Program-made: the position numbers and the translations under genes
Shown: one piece after another, positions 1-12,600 of the stretch
How the letters are laid out: each line of letters opens with the position of its first letter
How positions within the stretch are numbered: the first letter of the stretch is position 1
Notes under the pieces: generated by a model
Seen by the model: only the letters and a program-made list of their open reading frames with translations
Databases searched by the model: none
Told to the model about the DNA's origin: nothing
Assembly (NCBI GenBank): GCA_008636045.1
Contig: SNRW01000072.1
Location: forward strand, 1 to 32,009
Reading direction: 5' to 3'
DNA length: 32,009 nucleotides
From: Streblomastix strix
Lineage: Eukaryota

Positions 1-1
1 T

Positions 2-133
2 CTACCCAAGATAACTAGCCAGATCGACCTAGGCCCCTCTCAACTAGTACTAGAGCCAGGTCCTAAGATGAAGGTTCTGGAACTTAAGTTACCTCCAGGA
101 AATATCATAGCTCTAAGAGTGACAAGTGTATGA
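2..133 (+). pseudogene. C-terminal end of a DIRS-like retrotransposon pol ORF (runs off the window start)
   Basis: Frame 2 reads LPKITSQIDLGPSQLVLEPGPKMKVLELKLPPGNIIALRVTSV* (TGA 131-133). It resembles the tail of DIRS-type pol ORFs as I remember them and directly overlaps the start of a tyrosine recombinase ORF. Confidence 0.6.
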
Positions 134-1158
134 GAGGTGAACAGTTGTATATCCGAATAGCCACTGCTGCCGGTTTAGACAGTGGTACAGTCAACACTCT
201 AATTGCGAATATGAACTTCGAAACTTGGCACAAAAGAAGAACAGACTTAACATTTCTAGATGATTATCTTCAAACGGTAACTATTCTCATTACTAGATTA
301 ATTTGTGATCATCCAAATATTATATTACTTAACACCTTGAACTGGGTTAAAATCAGAATCAAATTAACCAAATCTAATAATAAAAAAGTTTGAGAACGCA
401 CGGATCTGTCACTCTAAGCTAGTTCTCCAAGATGATTAATGTAAGTCATTCACCATTAACAAGAGACTTCACGAAAGTAGAACATCTTACATCATCAAGC
501 AACCTGAAGCTCAAAGTTGTTTGGAACCTTGATTTTCTTCTATAATGCATAACAAACAACTCATTCACTAGTTCCAATGATGCATAAATAGCCGCTATGG
601 CTTTATTAGTCGCCGATGCAGCTATTAGAATGACAGAGCTATGCCGATTCAAACAGCAAAATATTACTTTTTCTGACTCTGTTTTAAACCTTGAAACAGA
701 GATATGCAAGAATGGAAAGATTGTCCAAGAAACGAATTGACTGAGAAGACATGACGGTAAATGCTTCCCAGTTTAAGCGCTTAATCCAAGGCTAAATATA
801 AGGAAAAACATTAATATTGAATTAAATACCTTATGGCTAGATATAAAAAATAAAAAATTAAGCTACACCTTCCTTCTGCTCCAAGCAACTAACAATTTTT
901 ATACGTAGAGCAGGAATTGGGGGTCATTACGCAGGTCCAACGATTCGCCATGCAATAATGACTAAATTACGTGCCAACAGCGCCATTAAGGCAGAAGTAA
1001 ATGTTTGGATTCGTCACTCAATCACCTTTGATGTTGTAGACACTTTCTACTTTAAACCTGTAGAAAGGGATCTCGGTGAGATTATAGCCAAGTTTGACCG
1101 GTGTGCGACCGATATATATATTTACCTATCCTCCTGTAGTATATCAATGTTTTATTAA
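130..1158 (+). pseudogene. Degenerate tyrosine recombinase (YR) of a DIRS-like retroelement
   Basis: Three frame segments (frame 1 130-~390, frame 3 ~390-~855, frame 1 ~856-1158) join into a YR-like protein: VWNLDFLL, AMALLVADAAIRMTEL (first catalytic Arg), CFPVQAL, CSKQLTIFIRRAGIGGHYAGPTIRHA (second Arg box), WIRHS and VVDTFY (catalytic Tyr). It has two frameshifts and a TGA at 738-740. The end coordinate is approximate. Confidence 0.8.
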
Positions 1159-1255
1159 ACCATCAATTAATTATATTCATTTTCTAATCCCAATCTCTTC
1201 TATTGAATAACATATATGGTTTTATTTTTAATTCTACATTTTTATACAATCGATA

Positions 1256-1503
1256 GTGAGTTCGGTGGACACGGCTTAAGAAGTGCAGGCCCACTCTTTC
1301 TATCGCATTTTTACCTTGGGTATTTTACATTTTAATTTAAACTAAATTATTTCTAAGCGAATTTGGTGGAAACAGCTCCAAAAGTATACGATCACTCTTC
1401 ACCAATCAATCTATATATTTATCGAGCCTTTATTATGTTTTTTCTCCATGATTCAATGCGAGTATGAAGAATACGGCCTCAAAAGAGTACGCCCATACTT
1501 CGC
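1256..1503. repeat. Array of three ~46-bp degenerate hairpin repeats with exact 101-bp period
   Basis: Units start at 1256, 1357 and 1458 and align without gaps at 28-30/46 identity (consensus GCGAGTTTGGTGGAnACGGCTTCAAAAGTGTACGCCCACTCTTCnC). They are separated by unrelated AT-rich 55-bp spacers. Confidence 0.8.
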
Positions 1504-1616
1504 AATTTTACAATTATTATTTATTTTTAACTTAAATTTTGATCAATAAAATACAATCTATTAAATTTACTAAAGTTTATAACCGCAATATATATATCAA
1601 ACTATTCTTTGAAAGA

Positions 1617-2084
1617 TCTTATATTCCAATAAAAGTGGAGGTTGCAGGATAATGATTGGTTCAGGTAAAACCCACCCAATTGGGTTTTACTCTATACCAG
1701 AATCATCTATGATCTTAATATGCTTTTTAAAAGCAAATTTCAATATATTATTTACCTTTTATTTTTATTTATAAAACTCCACATACTCATGAGTTCGATT
1801 CCTTGCACACAATTTGCAGTCGATGAAGATCTCATGTGAGAAATTACATCGGAAAGCGAAGAACTAAGCAACGCCTGATCTAGCTGACTCCGCATCAGGA
1901 GGCTTGCAGAAGACTATTCTATGAAACAATAACGGGCAGCTAGAGTGAAGCATTTCATTTTTTGTTTTCATCTGGCCATTTTTAGTTGGCTCTTGTATTC
2001 CAATAAAAATGGAAGTTGTAGATGATTCAGGTTTGAAGTAGACATATTCTCTTCTATCTTATTTTTCTTCTTTTATTGGAATAT
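1617..2084. repeat. Direct and inverted repeat cluster
   Basis: 1617-1666 is similar to 1991-2032 (direct). 1621-1635 is the exact reverse complement of 2070-2084. 1996-2008 pairs with 2071-2083. There is a perfect 10-bp stem at 1665-1674/1681-1690. Confidence 0.75.
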
Positions 2085-2830
2085 CTTCATCTGTTGAATC
2101 GTATCGATTACTTTGAATGATCCTTTATGATGATTAATATATATATTATTTTAAAATTTATTGATTTATTAGAAATTAAAATTTAGATGTGATTAACTCC
2201 TTTAGAATTTTTAACTGAAACAGATTATAACTCTACATGGTGTGTAATTTAACAATCCCTGGAATAATTTAAATTTAATTGATACATTAATCATTGTTTG
2301 AATTATCGATCAGATCATTCGGATTGTCAACAGGAGTTCATTGGACAGATATTGAATTGTTGAAGATCTTGAATTCAAATACGATCTAGGAAAGTTTCTG
2401 TTTTTATTAAAACCATGGCTTTGATAAACTGATCTGTCATCTTTCTTAGCATTCTTCTCTTCAGAACTAAACTCTGCAGTTTTTGGAAGTTAATTGTAGC
2501 TTAATTTTGAGCTTCGATGGTCCAATTTCTGTTTTCATAACTACTACGCTTCAATAAAAAAAACTATGCTTTGAACTTTTCAATCGATCTTTTGATTAGA
2601 TTTTGAGTGATAACACAGAAAATGAAGTTGCCAAATGATTATATAATGATATTTTTAAAAATGAAGCATCTTTTCTATTATATATTATATAAAAATATTA
2701 CATTTGATCAATTTAAAAGTAGTTTGTTTGAATTTTAAAAATATTCATCTAATTAATATAATAAAGAAGTAAATGAATTGGGAAAAAAGACAATTAAAAC
2801 GCTTGAGATGTATAAAAAGCTGTACAAACA

Positions 2831-3145
2831 ATGAAAAAAGAAGAAGGGAATATTATTGACATTATGCGAGGAATGGATTGTTCAATTTAAAATGGAAAAG
2901 CAGATACTAAAAATTATGATGGAGAAATGACGAACAATATGGATCAAATTCTTAAAGAAATGACTGGAAGAAAGAATAAAGCTATGGATATTGACAATGA
3001 CTTTAAAAAAGAAAAATTAAAGAAATTAAAAAAGAATTAGAAATCCTCGCCAACAAGTGGAACAGAAGATAATTCAAATAAATCTTTCGATATGAATGCA
3101 ATTGAGAGGTGGTTACTCGATGGTGATGCGGGATCATTTTTCTGA
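2831..3145 (+). CDS. Hypothetical 104-aa protein in the dispersed repeat
   Basis: With TAR=Gln it reads MKKEEGNIIDIMRGMDCSIQNGK...AIERWLLDGDAGSFF*. The frame and TGA stop are conserved in both copies. No family recognised. Confidence 0.4.
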
Positions 3146-3555
3146 TCATTTGGCTAATATGAATACTGATTTTTTACAATAAAATAATAATTATTCGAAA
3201 ATCCATTCTAATCGAATATTTCAAAGAATCCGATTATCCCGTCTGCCACAAATTTAATTTATAAATCACTTCATTTTGACGGATTTTATCAATGATCTAT
3301 ATATGAATTATACTATTAAATAACATATTCAGACTTATATTTACTGAATAATTTGACTTGCAACTTAAATTCCTTATTCCTCCACAACAAGAACTCTAAA
3401 TATCCAATCTATTAATTTATTTTCAAAATTATTTGATTATTATTGTTTTTTTCTAATAATTACTATAATTAATATTGCTCCAAACGTACTAACCAAGAAC
3501 AAATTTTTCATTTAAAATAAAGAATATGCATGAATTTAACTACCATTAAAACTAT
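2831..3555 (+). repeat. Dispersed ~725-bp repeat, copy 1 (104-aa ORF plus 3' non-coding region, ending in a TAT microsatellite)
   Basis: Highly similar direct copy of 23700-24423 (offset ~20869). Confidence 0.95.
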
Positions 3556-3602
3556 ATTATTATTATTATTATTAAGTAGCAAGCTGCACTAATCTCTTTT
3601 GT

Positions 3603-6600
3603 ATGTCTCACTAAACCAATACTTGTAAATTTTTGTATCAAGCTATATAGTTTTTTTTATATATTTTTGTAATATTTAAAACTCTATTCTTTCAGACTCT
3701 CGTAATTCAGTAATTGATCTAGATATGAATTTCAACAATTTGAAGGAGATATAATAAATCCAAATATATTTTACAAAAATTAATAATTTATTGAAGAAAA
3801 AAAGCGCACCATTGAAGAAAGTATGATTTTAATTCCATCTTCAACATTATTATCAATTGAAATGATAATTTTTTTATTAGAAAATTGAAGATTATTAGGG
3901 TAATTTTAGTCAAATATAATTGCAAGCAGAAACCGAAGTAGTATCCTGTGTGCATAAGCAAAAATCAATTTATTTATTTATTTATTTATTTTTTTTTAGT
4001 TCTTAGAAAAGAAGTTAAATTAATTGAGATTTTTACAGAAATATTTAAGACATAAAAATAAGTTATTGTAAGTCTTACATTGGATTTGATTAAATTTTTG
4101 TCATCCTGCGGCTGTATTGATGAAGTTTACCTATTTTTTATCTTAAATATTTTATACTATAATTATTACTTAGAATGTTATTTCGACTTCTATTGTTGAT
4201 TCTCTTATAGAAATTGCTGAGTTTATACATTTTTCTTTAGTTATTTTATTTTTATTTTTATTATTTATATTTTTTAGTTAATATTCAAGTAATGAGAGTA
4301 TTTTATAAGGTATATTAAATGTGATATTAAGTTCATTATCTTCTCCTAATGAGATGCACAGTCGTAATTTGTAAAGAACAGCTATTCTTGCATTTCGTTT
4401 GATGTATAATCGTTAGTAACGAGTTTCAGTACATGCTCAGTTCGTAGTTTAACACATCTCTAGATCAATTACTGATATTTTTATATAGTCTCACTCAGAT
4501 CAAAGTCATTAATCATAGGATTTAATTGATTAAGATTATTTGATGTTATTAACAGAATCAATTGATCTTCTTACTGGTAGTGGTCCTGCTTATATTTCTT
4601 CATCTTCTTCATCTTAACCTTCATCACAAACTTCATCTTAATTATCTCCTTTGTTTGGTTGTGAACCTCTTAGAGAAACATCTGGATGGGAACTTCTGCG
4701 TATTTTCATAACAGAAGACGCTTTATAAACACTTTGAAGATCCAATATTGCTTCAAAAGTAGTTGCAATCATTTCCTCTCAATTATGTCCGTTACTTATA
4801 GACTGTCTTGGACTTGATAGAAAAAGTATAAGAGCAGTTTCTGATGGAGGAAATCCAGCAGCTCTTTTGAGGCATCATTTAGCATTCACAATTCCATCTA
4901 TTTCTTTACCATAATAATAATAATAGTTTGGAGGGAGCAACAACCAAAGAATGTTGAAGTTGAATTCGCTTCCTAAAGAATCATCACACGATCCAGAAAT
5001 TGTACTTCCACATCTTATATCAGTTTCATGCATATTGATATATTGTATTGCTGATCATATTCCAAATGAAGGAGCAGTTCTCTTGGCTGGACTACTGGCT
5101 ATGACACTTCATAGTAGAGATATCTTAGAGCGCACAATTACAATGCGATCCATCAGGACTATTTTATAATCTCCATCTGTTTTACGTATAGCTTTTTAAC
5201 TTTGGGGAGGAGAATCAATAAATGGACCACTTTAATTATAGTAACTGGAGAATTTTGATAAAATTGAATGGAGTGCAATACAAGGATCTTCAAAACAGAT
5301 TAAATCAAGCCTATTTCTTCAATTAATGACTGCTCCAGCTCATGCATTGATTCAACAACTAAATAGCACTGAATCGCAAACTAATTAATCTCATTTATAA
5401 TCTCAAACTTCCTCTTCATATTAGAATTAACTTATTTCAACTTCTTTTTTGTCAATTGTCCTTCGCTTTTCATATCAACAATAATAACATTAATCATAAT
5501 TTTTATCTTAATCAAGTAATTCAATAAATGAAGATTAAGCCAATTCTTCTGTTTAGAATCTTCTTAAATTTAATGAAAGTCTAAATTTAACTTCACTTCC
5601 AGACATTTAAGAATAATATAAAGAACTTAGATATGATTATTCTCGTTCATATGACTCTTCTGCATTAAATTAAGCTTCTATTTCAAATTATACAAAGTTA
5701 GCATTTGATTCACTATTATTTGCAGTTCGATCTATTTTTATAATTGCTAATTAGGGCAATCAAGCTGATAAAGAATTAATTTAAGTATCAATAGCACCTC
5801 TTGTTGAAGGTTTATCATTTGTAGCTCACACAGTTGCAATTCCACTATCTTTGCTATATTTACTTTAAAATCCTTTAAATCGACAAAATATTCTCCCATC
5901 CTTATTACAACTTTCAGAATTATTTGCTTCACCAATAAGATTAAATTAATAAACATTTAATGTATCTCAGTTCAAATCTTCTTTTTTAACGTTTCAAAAC
6001 GTATTTCCTTTATCTTAATCACCAACTTTAGGATAATAATCACAATCATAAATAAATTCAATGTCATTATCAATTTAAGGAACCGATTCAACTCGATTAA
6101 TTTACAAATTACTTTAAAATTTGCAAATGATTGTGCAATCATCTAATCAGTTTTAATTAAATTCTTAGCATACAAAAGCGCTTTTAGCTATCTGTGCAAT
6201 TACTTCTCCATACCTTTTTACTCTTTGGGCAGTATTTCAACCACCAAATACAAATATACCTTAACCTACTTCAAACTTATTTCAGAAACTTTCATCCACA
6301 CATCAACAAACTAATTCATTGTCTCTTAAATGGATGCCGATGCTTATAAGAATTAATTTTTTATCTGGGAACGCAAATTCATTTTTATTGAAAGATATAC
6401 ACCCATCAAATGTTATTTTACCAATTAATGAATAATTAAACTAATAATCACCAGAGGATAGTGAAAATAAATTTGCAAAAATGAACAAGGACAAAATTAT
6501 ATTCAAATAGAATCAAAATATCCCTCAGAATTACATATCTCTAACTCCACATAGTCCACTTTCTCTTCAGAAACCAGCTTCATCAATATTCGACTTTGAT

Positions 6601-9600
6601 TGCATTATATCTGAAGCTACATTTATTGGATTTGAATGTTTATTTAGTTACATTAATTCTCACTATTCTAAACTTAATCGCTCAGATTGGAAGGTTGTAT
6701 TATATTCATTAATTCATACAGAACTTATTCTGATGCTTCACAAAAATAATGAAAAGAAAAGAATAATGAAACAACAGCTTCTTGCTTCATAAAATGCAGA
6801 TAATTTATATGACGAGAATGGTATGGAATATTATGATGAAGAAAATATAAAAAAACGTAATTAGCATATTTTGAAACCACAACAATCTCCAGGTAAACTT
6901 AACACTTTTCAATAATCATAAGATTCCATATTATCTGATTAAGATTAACTTTTAGTAAATATTAAGAATGTGTATAAGATTGGAAAGAGAATGGATAATG
7001 TTTCATTCACATCATTTTATTAGTCTTTGTGTGATATAGCTGCTCATATACTTAAAATTGACTCAAATACTGGTTTGAATACTTCTCAAATTGATGAAAA
7101 GAATAAAGAAGAAGTAATTAAAAAGAAAATTATAGGAAATCCCCAGGCAAATAACGATGAATTCACATTATCTTCTTCAATAAATCCATAATTTATTCTT
7201 CCATTTAATGAAACAGCTATTATAAATGCTGGAAATTAAGCTGTATCTTAATGCCATCTAAAAATAAAACAATAATCAAATTAGGGTTTTATTAAAAACA
7301 CACTTCTGTCTTCAGATTATAAATATTAGCTATAATTTGAATCTATTAATTCTATCTATTCATATTCTGACACCCCCATTCCAATGATACTATCTATTTA
7401 TTAGGATAAAACTAATAATGATGAATAACCTAATATTATTTAATATTAAGCGCGATTTGAATCTGATTATTTTAATGAATAATCCTCATTAATAACAGCT
7501 TCACCAAATTAACCATCATAAGGAAAGTAAGATTCATATCAATCTACTCCATAACCCATTACTTACTAACCTTCACTATTGCTACCATAAATAAATGCAA
7601 CTGTGGAAGCTAAAGATTTATTAGGAACTGGGATTGAATGCCTTCTTTCACATTTAATTAATATTCTTAATGAAAATCTTTTCCGTGGATCTCTAGTTGT
7701 AGAAACCGCTTTGATACCTCTTCTTCGTGAATTATTTAACTCTTAATCATAATCAATTAAAATTTTTGCATATGATATAAGTGTACTTCTTCTTTCATTA
7801 TTTTGTACATATATTCACTGCAATGATGTTTTTATTAGTCTTGAGTAGTATATTAATAAATCAATAGAAAAGATCAAGAATATATATATAAAAGATAGTA
7901 ATAATGAATAGAATAAAATTGATTTCACTATTGATGTAAATAATTTCGATACAAATATGAATTATTCATTTCATCCAGTTGATCATTAATGTATATAATT
8001 AATATTTTCACTTCTCACTGAACAACTTCAATCATCCAATTCAGAACTATGTAATAGAATCCAAAATCTTATTTATCCACTTCTCTAACTTCATTGTTCA
8101 CAATTATTTTATACAGATTTAGAATGGTAGGCACTTCTTCGTTTCCTTCGACCTCCCCAACGGAATCAAAAATATACATTTAATAGAACAACATCACCAA
8201 TATAATCTTAGATATAATAATCATAAAGTATTCAGTAGGATACAATACAAAATTAATAATCTAAATCCAATTCTTATGATATAAAGCAAAAAGAATCAAG
8301 TGAAAATTAGATTTAAAAAGATTTAGTTGTTGAAACTGTAAATAATCCAAAGATATTATACAAATCAAAACCAAAAGTTACTCTTAGTGGAAAATAATAA
8401 TAATAATAAGTATTAAATGCATCAAAAATATCTTACAATCTTTTTTCCATATTAAAATATGTTATAATTCATCATTCTTAACCAAATTTCTCTTCGTTTT
8501 CATCATTTGGTATTTCATCATATGTAACATCATTTGAAATCCTTTCCATTTATGCATAATAACGATTTTCTCTTCCTGTTGCATTAGAAGCTGTCGATCT
8601 TTTGTGGAATTTGGGAAATTCACTTGTAAATGTTGGAGAAGCACATGTAACATGTTAAAATTAAGAGAAAAATATGAATAAAGAAAAGATAAAAGAAAAA
8701 GGAGAATTGTTTGATAAAGAGGTTGAATAAAATAAAAATACAAAGGAAAAAATTATTTATTAATTTTATAACATGAATTATAAATGTGGATTGTGCGATT
8801 AAATACAATATAATCAAAATCAAATCCAAGATTAACAATAAAAATCTAATTCAGATTTCAGCAATGTTTAATAATTTGAAAAATAAACCTAATAATCGTC
8901 ACATAATTAGATTGAATGAATGTTTTTCTGTCCAACACTTGAATCCATTCGTACAGCTCTTACTTCTTTATTTGAAAGATTAGCTGGACTTTCAATGGAT
9001 GTTTGTATGGAAGTTAGAAGTGCTGCATTAATGACTCTAACAACTCTTCTTACAACACACAAAGAATTCTTTGCATAAACAGGAATGGCAGCAGTAACTG
9101 TAGCTGAATACATTTTACCCACTGCTTAAGCAATGTGGATGCAAGCTGAATCTGTTCAACTACTTACAAATGAAGATGAATATATGGTCGATAGATTCAA
9201 TGTTTCTTTATTGGATCAGAAAAGTGGAAATTAGAATAAATAATCTTTGCTACTTCAACAGGTTAATATGGATTTATAACGGAAATAGTGGGAATAATCA
9301 TTTTCAATGATTACAAAAGCAGCTGTCTTTCTTGTATGTTAAAATTTGCATGGATTTGTTTATGCTGATTCTTCATATTTAACCGATCGCAAATATTTGT
9401 CAAATACTAAATCACAATAAATTGTGAAATATTAATTTCCTTTTTAAAACACTAACAATAATTAATCTCCAGTTTAAGGAAAGATGTTTGGAACAATTAG
9501 ACCAATGTTAACAGCGTTTCTTCTAAATATGCTGATTCATGGTAAATTGGAGATGGCTTATTCAGCGGTAGATTCATTACATTAATTAATGAGCGTATCA

Positions 9601-12600
9601 TATTAAGTAATGCATAATTGTTCGAATACAGAAGAAATTGCACTTATTGGTATTGCATAATCTCTTTGGGATATTGCATGGGATGTTTTAGCCGGGTTTT
9701 CTCAATCTTGTACTAGATGCATTCACGATGAAAGCGTTGCATCTGCTTCGTCACTTGCTTATCGAGGAATTAGTTCAGCTAAAGCTTCATTATAAAAAAC
9801 GCTTGAAGTACTTTTCCATTCTTTTACAAATAGACCATTTTAATAATAAGAAGAAGATAAATGTAAAAATGGCAACTAGTTATTGAAAGAAAATCTTATA
9901 ATCCCTCAATCTATTAATGCAAATTAAAATTTTGAAGAGAAACCAATCTCTCAATTTAAAATAAGTACAAATAATATAATGTTTAATATGGATGAAAACG
10001 AAGAACAAAAATCAGAATTAAATTTGAGAACCAATACAGATGTTGAACAAGATAAAATCCAATATGTTCTTCCTCTTCTCTCAACAAAATGTGCACTTTG
10101 TGCCATTGCTCATCAAAAAGCCATGAAAGTACTCTTTTTACTCCTTCTTTGGGCTCCAAGGTAACATTCTGCTTATTAGATGGTATCATTAAGAGACAAG
10201 AAACTATTTAAGACAATTAAATAAAGAAATTTTAAAGACAAAGAAGACAAATTGTGCCAAACATTGACACATTACATGAAATTGCTCTACAATTTACAAT
10301 CTGTGCCCAATCTACAGTCACTATGCAAGAAACCAATATTTCTTTCGCACTTCTTTCACAGAATTATTCCAGATTCAAATCCACTTCACACACCATAACC
10401 TCTTGTCTTATTAGAGCTATTAAATAAATCTTTGGATAATTCATTAGAAACAGAGAAAATGATTTTGTATGTTAAGAAACGTAGAAAGAAAATGAAATAA
10501 TAAAATGGATATGAATCTTCAATTCGTTCATTTACACCGCTTCAATCATAGTCGCCTTCATAATAAAATATTCATTAATTACAATCCTCCTCCTCTTCTT
10601 AATCCTCTTCTTCTTCTTCTTCTTAATCCTCTCCATCTCCATCATCATATTAATCTACTCCAATTCATCCAATAAATCCATTTATTGCTTAATAACCACT
10701 TCATAATTCATCTTAATCTTCTCTCTCTAATATTTATAATTTTCATTCAAACGATAATATCTCTCCATCAATAAAATAATATGAGATACTGCCGTGTATT
10801 GGTATAAGTATTGTAAATCCTTCAGTTTACCTTCAGCAACTCCCAACAGCTGATCCAGCAACAATCAGTGAAACATTGAAAATAATAAATAATTTCACAT
10901 AACAAACTACTGGAGATAAAGAAACGGACTTAAATTTGAATTCTTTATAAGAGAATAACAAAGAAAATTTTGGTAAAACATAAGAAAATCGAGAATAAAT
11001 GAACAATTATTTTGCTCTAGATTCAGACAATGATTAATTGAATGCGTTAGATAGTTAAATATTCACCAATATAATAATCTTATCCACATTAACAGCTCTA
11101 ACAGTTCCTCCTCTTTATTATGTCTCATTTATTATTAATGACAATATTTCTCCACTACACACTTCATATACTCATCTCATTGGACCAAATCCTGTTACTG
11201 CAAATATCCCATACAAACCCCGAATGTTTCATTCTCAACATTCCTCTGTAATCACACCTTTTCCTTCACCTGCTTCCATTTCTTCTTCAATTACAATTAA
11301 TTCTTATAAGTATAACAATGACTAATAAATGAATACAAATTTTTCAATAACTTCATCCATTCAAGATTCAATTTCAAATTCAATTATTTCTCCTTAATTT
11401 TCTTCTTAATCTTCTGTATAATAATAGTAATAATAGATCTATACAAATTTACCAACTGCTTCTTTTTTTCCTGCTTTGCATACAACTGCAAATCTCCCCG
11501 TTTCAACACATAAACTATTTTTAAAAGATGTTCAATAAATTAGAATACCATTTGTTAGTCTCTCTACATTACATATAATTCACTATATAATTCTTCATGT
11601 AGTTGCAGAACAAAATAGAATAAAGATTAAGAAAGATGAGTCATCGTAAGATAATAAACAGAAAGGAATAAGAGATTAATAGTAAGAATAATAAAGTGAT
11701 GATGATTATTACGTTTAACCAAAGTGGAATTCAGTTTGGAATGCAGCTTCTAAATGCATTTGTCTTCTTATCAAATATGGATTAATGATTTTAGAGGCTG
11801 TCGAATGTTGGCATAGTAAATATGAATGGATGGAAATAATAGCTCAAGGATCAATAAAACAGATCAATGCAAATTAAGCTCAACATTCAACAATTTTTTT
11901 ATAGAATGAAAAGAATGAAAATTATCCAGACAAATAAGATTAACAACAAACTTACGCTTTTCCAAGTAACTTAGATAAATCAAAAAAAGATGTATTTACA
12001 AAATCTCCAAATTAAAATCAATAATAACTACAATCACCAAGAAACTCAAATTAAAAAATTCCTGCACCAACTTAATTATTTTAATAAGCACCGATTGGAT
12101 TCTAACAAACACCTCTTACATCAATTATTAATCCTACTACAAATGAATTAGGAAAAATTGATCAGGATTTTTTTATAGTTTCTCCTTAAAATTTATTTTT
12201 CTTTGACAAGAAAGATGTTATTGAGTTAAATTAAAACAAGCCTACAAATATAGACAATTAAGAATATATTATTCCCAAGTTGAACTCTTTTGGTCATTTG
12301 GAGAGTACACTTCTTGTGTCTCATTTCTTAACAGCCTGCAAATTTGTATCAACAGCTCTATCTGTAGTGACTGCTCTTGCTCCAATTATTCCCTCATTTG
12401 AATATACATAATTAATTTATTAAACTTTGAAACCTCATCTTTTCTACTTTGCTTCAGAGATTTCACATCCACTTTGTTTCTCGTCCAATGCAACATTAGC
12501 AGCTCTAAGATCAAGACTTATTATTGGTATTCTCCTTGGTTAGAATGAATTATTAAAACAAAACAATGAAAATGATTAATAATAATTAAATTAAGAGTAG

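Larger units (their letters stand above)
1..2090 (+). mobile_element. Decayed DIRS-like (tyrosine recombinase) retrotransposon, 3' part with a structured non-coding tail
   Basis: pol tail, then YR, then non-coding DNA with hairpins and direct/inverted repeats. The right boundary is uncertain. Confidence 0.55.

Noticed and set aside
738..740. TGA in the recombinase as further recoding evidence
   Set aside because: The ORF is frameshifted and decayed, so the codon is uninformative.
1256..1503. Calling the repeat-spacer array a CRISPR
   Set aside because: Eukaryotic context, only three highly diverged units and no cas genes.
1791..1802. GAGTTCGATTCC, resembling a tRNA T-loop/B box
   Set aside because: No acceptor, D or anticodon stems around it.
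2090..2830. Possible minus-strand coding remnant
   Set aside because: All frames are either interrupted or lack any recognisable protein, so no call is supported.
4700..4759. Possible 60-nt GT-AG intron that would remove the TGA at 4735
   Set aside because: It is less AT-rich than the real introns and would delete ~20 aa needed between the Mon2 ELL and CPL motifs. It is not formally excluded without RNA-seq.
5747..10189. Several short ORFs inside the Mon2 exon
   Set aside because: Antisense or off-frame, or fragments of the real frame cut at TAA/TAG.
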